A stretch of 64,000 nucleotides of DNA from a virus (taxonomy: Duplodnaviria; Caudoviricetes), in the IMG/VR virus record IMGVR_UViG_2623620477_000001, positions 1-64,000 of that record. One strand, 5' to 3'. How positions within the stretch are numbered: the first letter of the stretch is position 1; each line of letters opens with the position of its first letter. Below, in pieces: positions 19,901 through 27,452 of the stretch. Under the pieces are notes generated by a model. It worked only from the letters and a program-made list of their open reading frames with translations, was not told the DNA's origin and did no database searches. The translations under genes and the position numbers were made by a program.

Positions 19901-19973
19901 CTAAATCGCCTGTAGCCTTTACTACTCCCTTAGAATCTATCTCAAGAACTAATCTACTGATGTCATTTGCGCT
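16923..19973 (-). CDS. Tape measure protein; AGC start, 1016 aa
   Basis: Tape-measure domain (ETTFGVDEL, LQQLAMRGVPIY), helical/TM segments; N-terminus ANDISRLVLEIDSKGV follows GAGGAGG-aagccaa-AGC. Confidence 0.9.
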   Translation of the reverse strand, partial: SANDISRLVLEIDSKGVVKATGDLDMFNKTASNSEKVTGNLDDAMRALSPSTLAAVAGVTSLVATIKGMTSAFKTAIGNFSHFEELEMGLTTFFHDADVGKAKFEELRKLSNETTFGVDELTGAFTQMANVGVDVDTIKDKLVMLGNVVQGDKNKFADLVTIYSKINSTGKASAMQLQQLAMRGVPIYDMLKKMGVTGTATAKDITKAFKNMTSAVDETTGKAGQFYNAMDNINKTIEGKEGFISDYFKEMTVNFAEVSGIADAYKAILDVLKEKIGNLSDKLLEWNSNPVMKALLQGGLVAVISSLVTVIGVGLVGAIIKLNTELKKTVVLKAILNPATLALAVGAGVIAGIAVAVKSYKKSTAEAAEETAKMAKAVEDAKKAMGTDYNLLNVGVNKNNRKQNLQNETAILDGYKSNLATFNEKLQEAHKNVSLLEEKMRKDGGGGLTGYEKKLKKAQEEVNKWQEAVAHTNRSIEEQARVVSFWESQVEKFNITELKDQVDELFNGTISKHEKEKIALEDNVKTVQAYEKKLKELNGQFDNDGNVISYAKNKPEIDKTIEYLNKQLKEVKIKIKLENLSEWQKVLQNAMGFTNEEVYDGAIEKGATAVAKFKEKLEKEMTNMKSFSDAGLINISKLDLAEQKLEKINSVIKAMRDSGLWGADEGTTNKMKDLQYSAQQEATIAQLESYREELAILKDQTGELKKQAEIKALMSEGYTENQAEALLYWEKQLTDEKKKQSDIWGYLEGQVSEYFEKIGISKTNADLFASTLMDIAKTQIPNALIDGFTAIGDALAKGASVGDALKKQFAQLVSQITKSLAITCIQAGVNLIAQSGWAGVPGALALFALGGASGIASGFISSLAEGSSEANEQEKQLELLKELNQQYKDLAKAIKEQEEYYLKKKSEINAFTLKDYVSRATPVNDMIITPKGNFSTHPEDTIIATKNPEGLGKGAVKVVVNNYANTDVDVQQRNNNGVNEMLITISKKIASDVANGFNGWDNAFAMQKQRVDGRRL

Positions 19974-20398
19974 TTGGCTTCCTCCTCAACACGAATGTCT
20001 TCTTCGGCTTCATCTTCCATTTGCTTGATTTTTGCGTCCGCCCAATTGTTACACTTCAAGATGAAGTCTATTTCTATCTGCCTAAACTTTATATTCCTAA
20101 TTATAGCATACGAGTTAATATCTGTCCAAGTCATTACTTCGTGACAATGGTTGTATATCTCAAGAAACGAATTATATATGAACAAAAAATAAACAGGAAC
20201 ATTTGGCTCTCTCAAGTAATCGAAGTCACTAGATTCGTCAAAACATTCCTGTCCTATATCTCGTATTAAGTCGTTTCTATCTTCCGCATTGGTTCTAAAA
20301 ACAGTTCTATTACTCGCTGTTCGATGTGCTGTCGGATAATGTAGGAAGAAAAACTGCTCAATTGCCTCTTTTAGTTCTCCTTCCCTTCCGATAAAAAA
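19949..20398 (-). CDS. Tail assembly chaperone GT extension (-1 frameshift product)
   Basis: -1 frame from T TTT TTA (20398-20392) is open through to the stop at 19949. Confidence 0.8.
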   Translation of the reverse strand, partial: FFIGREGELKEAIEQFFFLHYPTAHRTASNRTVFRTNAEDRNDLIRDIGQECFDESSDFDYLREPNVPVYFLFIYNSFLEIYNHCHEVMTWTDINSYAIIRNIKFRQIEIDFILKCNNWADAKIKQMEDEAEEDIRVEEEAKAQMTSVD

Positions 20399-20808
20399 TT
20401 AGAACGTTCGTTAGAAGTCTTGATTACCCATTCTTTAAGAGCAGGAATCTTTTCAAGAAGATATGTATACGATTTTTTATCACAACCAATTGTTTTTCCA
20501 TTGAGAACAATTGGTTCATCAGTTACGTCTTTCTTATCCCAATCGTATGTCCAAACTCCGCCAATACGAATAAGAGCACCTTCAATGCTGGTCAAAAGTT
20601 CAGTTACATCGTCATCATCAAGTCCGTCTTTATCTTTTTTGCCAAATCCGAACTTTCTAAGTTTTGCGTTTTCATACTCCTGTACTACATCCGAATCTCC
20701 GCCGTAAACTTTTACTGCAATAGGAAGTTTTCTTCCTTCGAGTTTTACGGGAATTACTACACCTTCATCAGCATTGTCTTTTGTTGCAAATGCGCTTAAA
20801 TCTGCCAT
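20371..20808 (-). CDS. Tail assembly chaperone G
   Basis: MADLSAFATKDNADEG...; between major tail and tape measure; slippery site near 3' end. Confidence 0.8.
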   Translation of the reverse strand: MADLSAFATKDNADEGVVIPVKLEGRKLPIAVKVYGGDSDVVQEYENAKLRKFGFGKKDKDGLDDDDVTELLTSIEGALIRIGGVWTYDWDKKDVTDEPIVLNGKTIGCDKKSYTYLLEKIPALKEWVIKTSNERSNFLSEGKEN

Positions 20809-20893
20809 ATACGCTTGTTTCCTCCAATTTAATGATTTTACATTATACTCGCCCATAAGATGCGTTATACACAAGATATGGGCTTATACAGAC

Positions 20894-21109
20894 TTATTTC
20901 TTTTCAAGTTTTTTCTGCTCACCGTCTGGAATAAAGCGAGCACAAATACCAAGTACAGCACCACCAAGAATGGTTACTGAACCTGCAATTGCTGTTGATG
21001 TCTTTGGGTCAAGTTTTCCTGTTACTCCAAGATAAGCAAAGATACCGTCAGAGATAACTTCAAGACCTGTTACAATTGCTGTAATCAAATCAAATACATT
21101 CTTTGTCAT
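20894..21109 (-). CDS. Small two-TM membrane protein
   Basis: 71 aa, two hydrophobic segments, GGAGGAG RBS. Confidence 0.65.
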   Translation of the reverse strand: MTKNVFDLITAIVTGLEVISDGIFAYLGVTGKLDPKTSTAIAGSVTILGGAVLGICARFIPDGEQKKLEKK

Positions 21110-21207
21110 TTTAATCTCCTCCTAAAATGAGATTCTGTCTGTCCAATGCCAACCGTCTTTCCGATTTGCCATTATGAGTTTTATATGACCAGAACCTTGT
21201 GGTTCTA

Positions 21208-21273
21208 TGGAAGTTCTCGGACTTAGCACCGAGCATCGAGGATAGAGAGCCTCGACTACACTATGCACTTCCA
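21208..21273 (-). ncRNA. Degenerate tRNA-like element
   Basis: GGAAGT/ACTTCC-A acceptor-like stem, TCGAGG-CTCTCTAT-CCTCGA arm, CTCGG-TGCTAAGT-CCGAG arm; D-arm truncated; both loops 8 nt. Confidence 0.5.
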
Positions 21274-21299
21274 CCTACAGAACTTGAAAACTGTAGAAA

Positions 21300-21372
21300 T
21301 AGCGGAGGAGGGATTCGAACCCCCGACATTGTGGCAAGCGCCCACCTAAGCTACCAACTGCTTCACTCCGCG
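21300..21372 (-). tRNA. Initiator-type tRNA with GCU anticodon (would read AGC)
   Basis: CGCGGAG TG AAGC AGTTGGTA GCTT A GGTGG GCGCTTG CCACA ATGTC GGGGG TTCGAAT CCCTC CTCCGCT A: full cloverleaf, C1xU72 mismatch, A11-U24, A73, short variable loop, no encoded CCA. Confidence 0.88.
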
Positions 21373-21491
21373 ATGTAGGAGAGTTTTTATATAGACTGCA
21401 CTCACAAAAGCCATTCGGTTTAATCAGCCGATAGATTCGACATATCAAACTTGCTACGACCCATTCGGATTTTCACAAATCAAGTCTTAGA

Positions 21492-21515
21492 AACGGCTCA
21501 TTAAGGCGAGCCGTT
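21492..21515 (-). terminator. Hairpin after major tail gene
   Basis: AACGGCTC-8nt-GAGCCGTT; short U tail, probably leaky or a processing/stability stem. Confidence 0.5.
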
Positions 21516-21521
21516 CAACCT

Positions 21522-22778
21522 TTATTCAATAGTTACTGTACAACTCTGGTTTGCACTTGCTGTTGTACTTCCTGTAGCAGAAGCATTTGTATTTGTAGCA
21601 ACAACCTTGTAAACACCGCTTTCTGTTGCTGTGTAAGTAGCATCGTCTGCTTCGCTGATTGCAACATTATCCTTGTACCACTGATAACTGATTGTTCCAC
21701 CGTCTGTTACTGTTGCAGTACCGTCAAGTGTTACTGATGTTTCATCAGTAGTATCTTCCAACTCATTTGTGAAAGTTGGTGTTTCAGCATCTACTGGTGT
21801 TTCAGCAGTCACAACGTCTTTCTCAAGTTTCAAGTCAGTAGCACTGTTTACCTTGAATGGAACAGAGAACTGCAATTTGTTTCCGTTCTTGCTTTCTGTT
21901 GGAGCACCAAGGTGAACGTTCAAAGTAAGTGTGTAAGAGTAAGTTATTTCTCCAACTGTTCTTTCTACCTTTACCTGTAATACCTTGTCCTTTCCGTCTA
22001 CTGCATCGTTGTAAATCTCATGTCCGAGTTCATCAACGTTATAAACATCGAATGTTCCTTCAATTACGAAGTCTCCAAGAGAGTTCTCAATTGATTCTTC
22101 TTCAAACAGAGCAGGTGTTCTTTCGAGGTTGTTGTTGATTGTGATATTCATACTTGGTGACTGACGAACAGCCACAAGTGATGATGTAGTATCACCGTAT
22201 TTCAACCAACCTTTCTTTGTAAGGAATGATTTTCCTGTATTTGCACTTCCATAAGTAACAGTTCTGTTATCATAAGAAGTAGGCTCGGAAAATACTTTCT
22301 TAGGGTTATTAGAACCCATAAGATTCCAAGTCAGTTTTACAAAGGCATCAGTCGCAAAGTCCATTGTGAGTTGGTTTACATACATTTTTGTGTACATCTG
22401 CCAAGCAAGCGGTGTCTGTGGATATTTCTTAACCATTAAGAAAGCCTTTACAGCATCACCAAGAGTAAGTGAACTTTTTCCGTTGTTTGGTGTTGTCCAA
22501 TCGTTACAGAAAGCACCCGCGAACAAATCATCCTGTTCACCGTCTACATTCCATTCTGTTCCAATATCACCAGCATTTGATTCTGTGCCGACTTCTGGGG
22601 TTGAAGGAATACGTGAATCAGGCAGAATAATATCTGATGCGATTTCTTCCGATGTTCCTGCAACCGAATTGTCTGATACACGTCTTGGAGTAAGTGCAAT
22701 TGCACCACTTCCCGAAGTAATCAAACCAAGATAGGTTGTAAAATAAGTCTTAATTTTGTTTGTAATAGCGTTACTGCT
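21522..22778 (-). CDS. Major tail (tube) protein with C-terminal Ig-like domain; AGC start, 418 aa
   Basis: Tail-tube pattern (AGDIGTEW, INNNLE, IEGTF); GGTISYQWYKD Ig-like domain; AAGGAG-tagcaa-AGC with in-frame TAG two codons upstream. Confidence 0.88.
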   Translation of the reverse strand, partial: SSNAITNKIKTYFTTYLGLITSGSGAIALTPRRVSDNSVAGTSEEIASDIILPDSRIPSTPEVGTESNAGDIGTEWNVDGEQDDLFAGAFCNDWTTPNNGKSSLTLGDAVKAFLMVKKYPQTPLAWQMYTKMYVNQLTMDFATDAFVKLTWNLMGSNNPKKVFSEPTSYDNRTVTYGSANTGKSFLTKKGWLKYGDTTSSLVAVRQSPSMNITINNNLERTPALFEEESIENSLGDFVIEGTFDVYNVDELGHEIYNDAVDGKDKVLQVKVERTVGEITYSYTLTLNVHLGAPTESKNGNKLQFSVPFKVNSATDLKLEKDVVTAETPVDAETPTFTNELEDTTDETSVTLDGTATVTDGGTISYQWYKDNVAISEADDATYTATESGVYKVVATNTNASATGSTTASANQSCTVTIE

Positions 22779-22781
22779 TTG

Positions 22782-23231
22782 CTACTCCTTATCAATATCG
22801 GCTTCCCAATCAATTGCAACTTGCAACCGATAACTGTCGCCAACACTTCCTTTTGTTGATATGTAAACCCTCATTATGTCTACATACTCTATTTCAGCAT
22901 CATTGAATAACTTTGCTATCCAACGGTACTTTTCAGATACTTCGTATTCCTTAACATCTTCTGGCGAATAAATATCGACATACATAACTCCTGTAAACCG
23001 ATACTGTGATCCGCCAATAGCAACGATTGAAGAGTCAGACGGTTCGTTGCTTAAGAAGGTTAAGTCAAACCAACGTTTATCTTCTGGCTCTGAAAACACT
23101 CCATTTGGGAAATGTACGTTCTCGTAATCTCCACTGTTGTCGTTTTTCAAAACCAAGTATTCAATACCGCTAAAAGCATTAAGAGTTTTGAAATGGTCAA
23201 ATAACTTTTCTTGTATATCTAACTCTGTCAT
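22782..23231 (-). CDS. Tail terminator-like protein
   Basis: Position before major tail gene; FPN..F.EP...WF, GVMYVDIYSP pattern. Confidence 0.7.
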   Translation of the reverse strand: MTELDIQEKLFDHFKTLNAFSGIEYLVLKNDNSGDYENVHFPNGVFSEPEDKRWFDLTFLSNEPSDSSIVAIGGSQYRFTGVMYVDIYSPEDVKEYEVSEKYRWIAKLFNDAEIEYVDIMRVYISTKGSVGDSYRLQVAIDWEADIDKE

Positions 23232-23662
23232 TTCTTCACGCTCCTAACCGCGGCATTAAATATATTCTCGTTATTCGCAAGGGTAACACCAATCATTCCG
23301 TTTGGAGCTTGCTTCGAATAACCTCCCACAGTCTTTCCACTTCCATTTTTAGGTGGATTTGGATAACCGCCGTATTCCAACTTCTCGATATACTCAAGAT
23401 TGTTGGTTATAAATATAGATTCATCTCCTTGCGGATCTGGCATCTGACTCTTTGGTTTTGGACTTTTTCTTTTCTCCTCAACCTTTCCACTCGCAGGACT
23501 TCCGACAGTTACCTGCCAATTTCCCCTTGCACGACCAGTATCAACTGGTGTCTTTCGGACTATGGAACTGTACAGAGCAAACGCATAAGACTTGCGGACT
23601 TCTTTTATTTCCACTTCTTTCGCCTTTGCATATTTTTTCAAATCCATAGACCAACTACCCAT
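23228..23662 (-). CDS. HK97 gp10-like neck/tail completion protein
   Basis: TPVDTGRARGNW, NNLEYIEKLEYG, SKQAPNGM motifs. Confidence 0.9.
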   Translation of the reverse strand: MGSWSMDLKKYAKAKEVEIKEVRKSYAFALYSSIVRKTPVDTGRARGNWQVTVGSPASGKVEEKRKSPKPKSQMPDPQGDESIFITNNLEYIEKLEYGGYPNPPKNGSGKTVGGYSKQAPNGMIGVTLANNENIFNAAVRSVKK

Positions 23663-23835
23663 TATTTCTTTCTCCTATGAAATAATATCTTCATAGCAAA
23701 TAAGAATCGGTATTTGAACGAACTGTTCAGAAGTTCTCTTGCCAAATCTTCGGCAACCTTCTTCTTGCTGACTGCATAATTACTTGCAATCTCGTTCATC
23801 TACTTTCTTACTTGTCTAGCCTGTTTGCCACTCAT
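23662..23835 (-). pseudogene. Small basic gene interrupted by in-frame TAG at codon 12
   Basis: GAGGT RBS, MSGKQARQVRK*MNEIASNY...FHRRKK; fills the gap exactly. Confidence 0.5.
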
Positions 23836-23836
23836 A

Positions 23837-24184
23837 TTACCTCGCGTGAATCATCACGAATATATCTACAGAACCGTCTACATTCATAGGGTCTGCATTA
23901 AGTACTGTATAATTTCTGCCACCAAAATTTACTGTATCATTTGTTACAGGTCTTTTTGGTAACTGCGCCATAAACAGAGCATCACCGTATTTTACGTTTG
24001 TTCCGTCTATGTCTTTAATAGAGAAACTTCTCTGAATCGCTACTCCCGAAAACTCTTCTCCGCCGTCTGTATATGTGTTCGTAGTCTTGTCGTATATTTT
24101 ATTACCCGAACGCTTTATTTTTATGGCACTTCCGTACTTATCAAGTTTGGAATATGCCTTGTTTGCATACTTGGTATAGTCCAT
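23837..24184 (-). CDS. Head closure / head-tail joining protein
   Basis: IDGTNVKYGD motif; position in neck cluster. Confidence 0.75.
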   Translation of the reverse strand: MDYTKYANKAYSKLDKYGSAIKIKRSGNKIYDKTTNTYTDGGEEFSGVAIQRSFSIKDIDGTNVKYGDALFMAQLPKRPVTNDTVNFGGRNYTVLNADPMNVDGSVDIFVMIHAR

Positions 24185-24187
24185 AGG

Positions 24188-24631
24188 CTATTTCTTTCCC
24201 TTGAACTTTCTGTCATGGTCGAACATAACACTTCTAATATCAGTAACATCTTTTACTGTAAGGTTAGCATTGTTTGGAATGAGAAGATATTTCTTACCAA
24301 CTTTTGCCATTGTTCCATATTCGGTTTTAGAAGTATACTCTTTCAAACGAGTTGTTCTTCCGTTTACAACTACTAAACTTCCTTTAGTAGAACTTTCTCT
24401 ATTTACAAAGTCATACTTTGCACTCAAGTCTGGAAGTTTTGAAATCACATTCTCTACCTGTGCCTGGCTTTTTATTTTCCCCTGTTTGTATTGTTCAACG
24501 ATTTCACTTGCTGTTGGAGCTTTGTTTCCTTCGTTAATATCCTTACCAGTTTCTCTGTGGAAAGCCTGTGCTACTGATTCACCATCTTTTATATATACGT
24601 GAGTACCTTTTACGGTTATCCATCTTCCCAT
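24188..24631 (-). CDS. Hypothetical basic protein with N-terminal WITVKGTHV motif
   Basis: 147-aa ORF inserted between neck genes. Confidence 0.6.
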   Translation of the reverse strand: MGRWITVKGTHVYIKDGESVAQAFHRETGKDINEGNKAPTASEIVEQYKQGKIKSQAQVENVISKLPDLSAKYDFVNRESSTKGSLVVVNGRTTRLKEYTSKTEYGTMAKVGKKYLLIPNNANLTVKDVTDIRSVMFDHDRKFKGKK

Positions 24632-24633
24632 AT

Positions 24634-25152
24634 CTATACCCTCTGTACCTTACCACTAATAATAGAATGTTTAGAACCGTCTCTAAACAAGCCTCTTAAT
24701 TTTGTATTGATTGAATCATAGAGTGTGGTACTTGCAATCGCTTCGGATTTATCACTCTTTGCGTAAGTAAATGAAAGTGTGGTGATTGTTTCTGATGTAA
24801 CATCACCATTCTCATTCTTTGTTTGAAATAATTCAGTACCTTTTGATACAAGAATTGCGGCGTCACATACTGCCTGTTTAAGACAAGTTGGAACTCCAAC
24901 AACATCCTGCCCTTCATAATCTTTAAGTTCAATTCTTGGGAATCTTAAAGACTGTTCTGTGTGAGCCTTTTTTCCGTACCACTGATAGATGTTATCTATG
25001 AAGTCAGTAGCACGGATTAAAGACTGTTCTTTCTTACTGTTTGTAAGAGAATCCCACCCTGTAACGCCACGGTCTGAAAAATAATCATTTGCAAACTCGA
25101 CAGTTACATAACTATCTGCGTTATATTTTCCTGTTCCATCTTCAACAATCAT
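24634..25152 (-). CDS. Head-tail adaptor (DnaT-like phage family)
   Basis: MIVEDGTG..NADSYV, LIRATDFID, QSLRFPR. Confidence 0.85.
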   Translation of the reverse strand: MIVEDGTGKYNADSYVTVEFANDYFSDRGVTGWDSLTNSKKEQSLIRATDFIDNIYQWYGKKAHTEQSLRFPRIELKDYEGQDVVGVPTCLKQAVCDAAILVSKGTELFQTKNENGDVTSETITTLSFTYAKSDKSEAIASTTLYDSINTKLRGLFRDGSKHSIISGKVQRV

Positions 25153-25381
25153 TTTTCAGTCCTCTTTCTACTGGCGTTTTGTTTTAGCCTGTGATTTTGA
25201 TTCACCTTCTGCTTCGTCTTTCTTTGCCTTTGGTTCATCTTCTACGAAGTTGTACCCCTGTGCTTTAGCCGTTGCGATAGTTTCAGGTGAATCATAAATG
25301 TCGGCAATAATATTGCCTTTGAACATCTTTACTGTTGCCATTAAAAACTCCTAGACCGCCTCTTTCGAGACGGTCGGAAAG

Positions 25382-26521
25382 CTAGCCGAGAAGTGCGATA
25401 GAGTTCTCTGGCTTAATATTCTTGAATCCCCAAGCAGTACCGATTGTAACGGTTGTCTGATATGGAGCACCCCAAACAGCAAGTTCGTATGGAATACCTG
25501 TAAGTGGGTCTGTGATAATTGCACGGTCAAGTGCATTATCTCCCTTACTTGGTACGAATGGAACACGGCTTGCCATAATGATAGAACCACGAGAGAATAC
25601 GCTGTTTGGAGCGTAATTCTGTACAGTGATTGCAGCATCATTAGCAACGTCTGCTTTAAGAGCAGTCTGCAGTTTAAGAGTTGTTCCACCTGTAGCAACA
25701 TCTTCTGCAACAGCATAGAGAGTTGTGTCAGAACCGAACTTAACAAGGTCACCCTTCTTGAATGTACCTTCACCTGTGTCCATTGTAACCTGTGTTGCAC
25801 CTTCTGATGCTCCACCGTTTACAAGGTAGCCACTTGCAGTACCCTTTGCGTGACGCATACCTGCTGATTCGCGGATTGTGAATCCGAACAAATCACCAAG
25901 AATACCACGGCGGAGAAGGTCTCCTGTACCTGCTTCATTAACCTTCTGCAAGTGTTCAATATTGCGGAGGTTACGACCAGATGTTGTATTAAGGATAGCC
26001 TGTAATTCTCCAAGAGGAGCACCAACATCTTCGAGGTTCTTAAGAGCATCTGTAAGAATGCTTGTGTTTGATGCAAATGGATTTGTACCAATTGTACCAA
26101 GTACACTTCCCTCGTTTACAGCAGAGATAACTGCCTCTTCACAAGCGTCTGCTTCCATTTCATTACGAAGTCCGCGGATTCTCTGTGCATACTGTTCAAC
26201 CTGAATTGGGTCAAGCATACCAGAACCACTAACGCCAGCCTCGCCTTCTCCTGTCCAAACGATAGGCTTACCACGACGGATCTTCTGGATTGTTACACCT
26301 ACTGTCTCGATTGTATCGAGGTCTGCTGTAGGAGTTACACCTTCTCTGATATCCTCGTTATCTCCCATAGGAGTAATTGGGATTTCAACCATCTGTCCTT
26401 TCTTAACAGAACTTGCCTTTGCACTGATGATAGTTGCAGGAATCATACCGATTGGCTCTGCATTTACCTTATTCAATGCTTCATAAAATACTGGAATTAC
26501 CGAGTCTAATTCGTGTGCGCT
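25382..26521 (-). CDS. Major capsid protein (P22 coat-like); AGC start, 379 aa
   Basis: Follows scaffold; LRRGILGDLFGFTIRES, ITDPLTGIPY; N-terminus AHELDSVIPVFYEALNKVNAE follows AAGGAG-acgcta-AGC. Confidence 0.88.
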   Translation of the reverse strand, partial: SAHELDSVIPVFYEALNKVNAEPIGMIPATIISAKASSVKKGQMVEIPITPMGDNEDIREGVTPTADLDTIETVGVTIQKIRRGKPIVWTGEGEAGVSGSGMLDPIQVEQYAQRIRGLRNEMEADACEEAVISAVNEGSVLGTIGTNPFASNTSILTDALKNLEDVGAPLGELQAILNTTSGRNLRNIEHLQKVNEAGTGDLLRRGILGDLFGFTIRESAGMRHAKGTASGYLVNGGASEGATQVTMDTGEGTFKKGDLVKFGSDTTLYAVAEDVATGGTTLKLQTALKADVANDAAITVQNYAPNSVFSRGSIIMASRVPFVPSKGDNALDRAIITDPLTGIPYELAVWGAPYQTTVTIGTAWGFKNIKPENSIALLG

Positions 26522-26544
26522 TAGCGTCTCCTTTTATTGAAGGT

Positions 26545-27279
26545 TTACCCTTCGATTTTTCCACCCTTTCTAAAGAAGTCCTGTACTGCGGTTGGATTTT
26601 CAGCCTGCATCTTACTGAACTCTTCACGGGTCATTGTTTTAGCACCCGACTGAACGCCTGTATCACCCCTTGCTCCGCCTCCTGTAGAAGTGTTTGCAAT
26701 ATAGGCTTTACCTTCTGGTGTCATACTGAATGCCTTAATAACATCCTCAACAGAACGATTGTCCTTGTTAAGGAACTTAATACCACCGTCTACTTCTGTC
26801 GGTTCGAAGCTGTTCAACATTCGAATACGAGCAATGAAACCTTCTTTGAGACCAGGGACGAACTCAAGTCCTTCAAGCCCTTTCTCAAATGCCTTTTCCT
26901 CAAGTGATGAAATGTGCTGTGCCAAGTAGTAATCACGCTGTTTTGTAATTTCCTCGATGTCACCATCGAACTTGGTCTGCATTTCAGCAAGTTTAGTGTT
27001 GTAATACTCCTCTGCTTTCTTGTCGCCTGCAGTTGCTTTTTCAAGCAATCCATTCAGTTCGGCAATCTTAGATTCGTACCCACTCTTCTCTGTTTCGAAA
27101 CTAGCAATCTGTTCTTTGAACTTCTGCTCTTTTCCCAACAATTCATCACGCTTTTTTACCAATCCGACTGTAGCCGCATTAGTATCAGCCTCGTGTTCGG
27201 CAAGAATCTGCTTAATTTTATCTTCAGCAGACACTTCCTCGTTTCCCAACAATCCCGTCAGAAACTCTTCATTTAACAT
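26545..27279 (-). CDS. Capsid scaffolding protein
   Basis: Acidic coiled coil; TGGGARG and MTREEF...GGKIEG C-terminus; directly upstream of capsid. Confidence 0.8.
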   Translation of the reverse strand: MLNEEFLTGLLGNEEVSAEDKIKQILAEHEADTNAATVGLVKKRDELLGKEQKFKEQIASFETEKSGYESKIAELNGLLEKATAGDKKAEEYYNTKLAEMQTKFDGDIEEITKQRDYYLAQHISSLEEKAFEKGLEGLEFVPGLKEGFIARIRMLNSFEPTEVDGGIKFLNKDNRSVEDVIKAFSMTPEGKAYIANTSTGGGARGDTGVQSGAKTMTREEFSKMQAENPTAVQDFFRKGGKIEG

Positions 27280-27358
27280 AGATTTTTTCTCCCATTAGGA
27301 TAAGATATGATTTTTCGGCTTTGCCTATGCCTGTGGCAATTCTTCATTTCTACCTACA

Positions 27359-27387
27359 ATAATAAATCCACATATTTCATTTGTCAA
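27359..27387 (-). promoter_or_regulatory. Sigma70-type promoter for scaffold/capsid
   Basis: TTGACA-17-TATTAT. Confidence 0.75.
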
Positions 27388-27390
27388 TAG

Positions 27391-27404
27391 TTCGCACGTG
27401 CGAA
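27391..27404. promoter_or_regulatory. Palindrome TTCGCACGTGCGAA, copy 1
   Basis: Perfect 14-bp palindrome, 3 nt upstream of -35. Confidence 0.85.
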
Positions 27405-27413
27405 GAATAAAAG

Positions 27414-27435
27414 AGGCGGACTTTTACATCCGCCT
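27414..27435. terminator. Intrinsic terminator
   Basis: AGGCGGA-8nt-TCCGCCT with A/T-rich flanks, after the 27453 gene. Confidence 0.7.
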
Positions 27436-27452
27436 TTAAATAGTTTTTTCTC

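Noticed and set aside
21120-21300. Theta/HDV-like or hammerhead ribozyme after the tRNAs
   Set aside because: Could not identify the nested pseudoknot or CUGAUGA/GAAA cores by eye; left for a covariance search.
21300-21372. Ordinary tRNA-Ser(GCU) or integration-site tRNA remnant
   Set aside because: No long variable arm, initiator-specific body, and located mid-late-operon far from the integrase.
25382-26476. ORF-track starts for capsid (TTG 26476), major tail (TTG 22724), tape measure (ATG 19898), tail tip (ATG 15445) and portal (ATG 33693)
   Set aside because: None has an SD at proper spacing, and each leaves an open, protein-like frame upstream that ends at SD+AGC.
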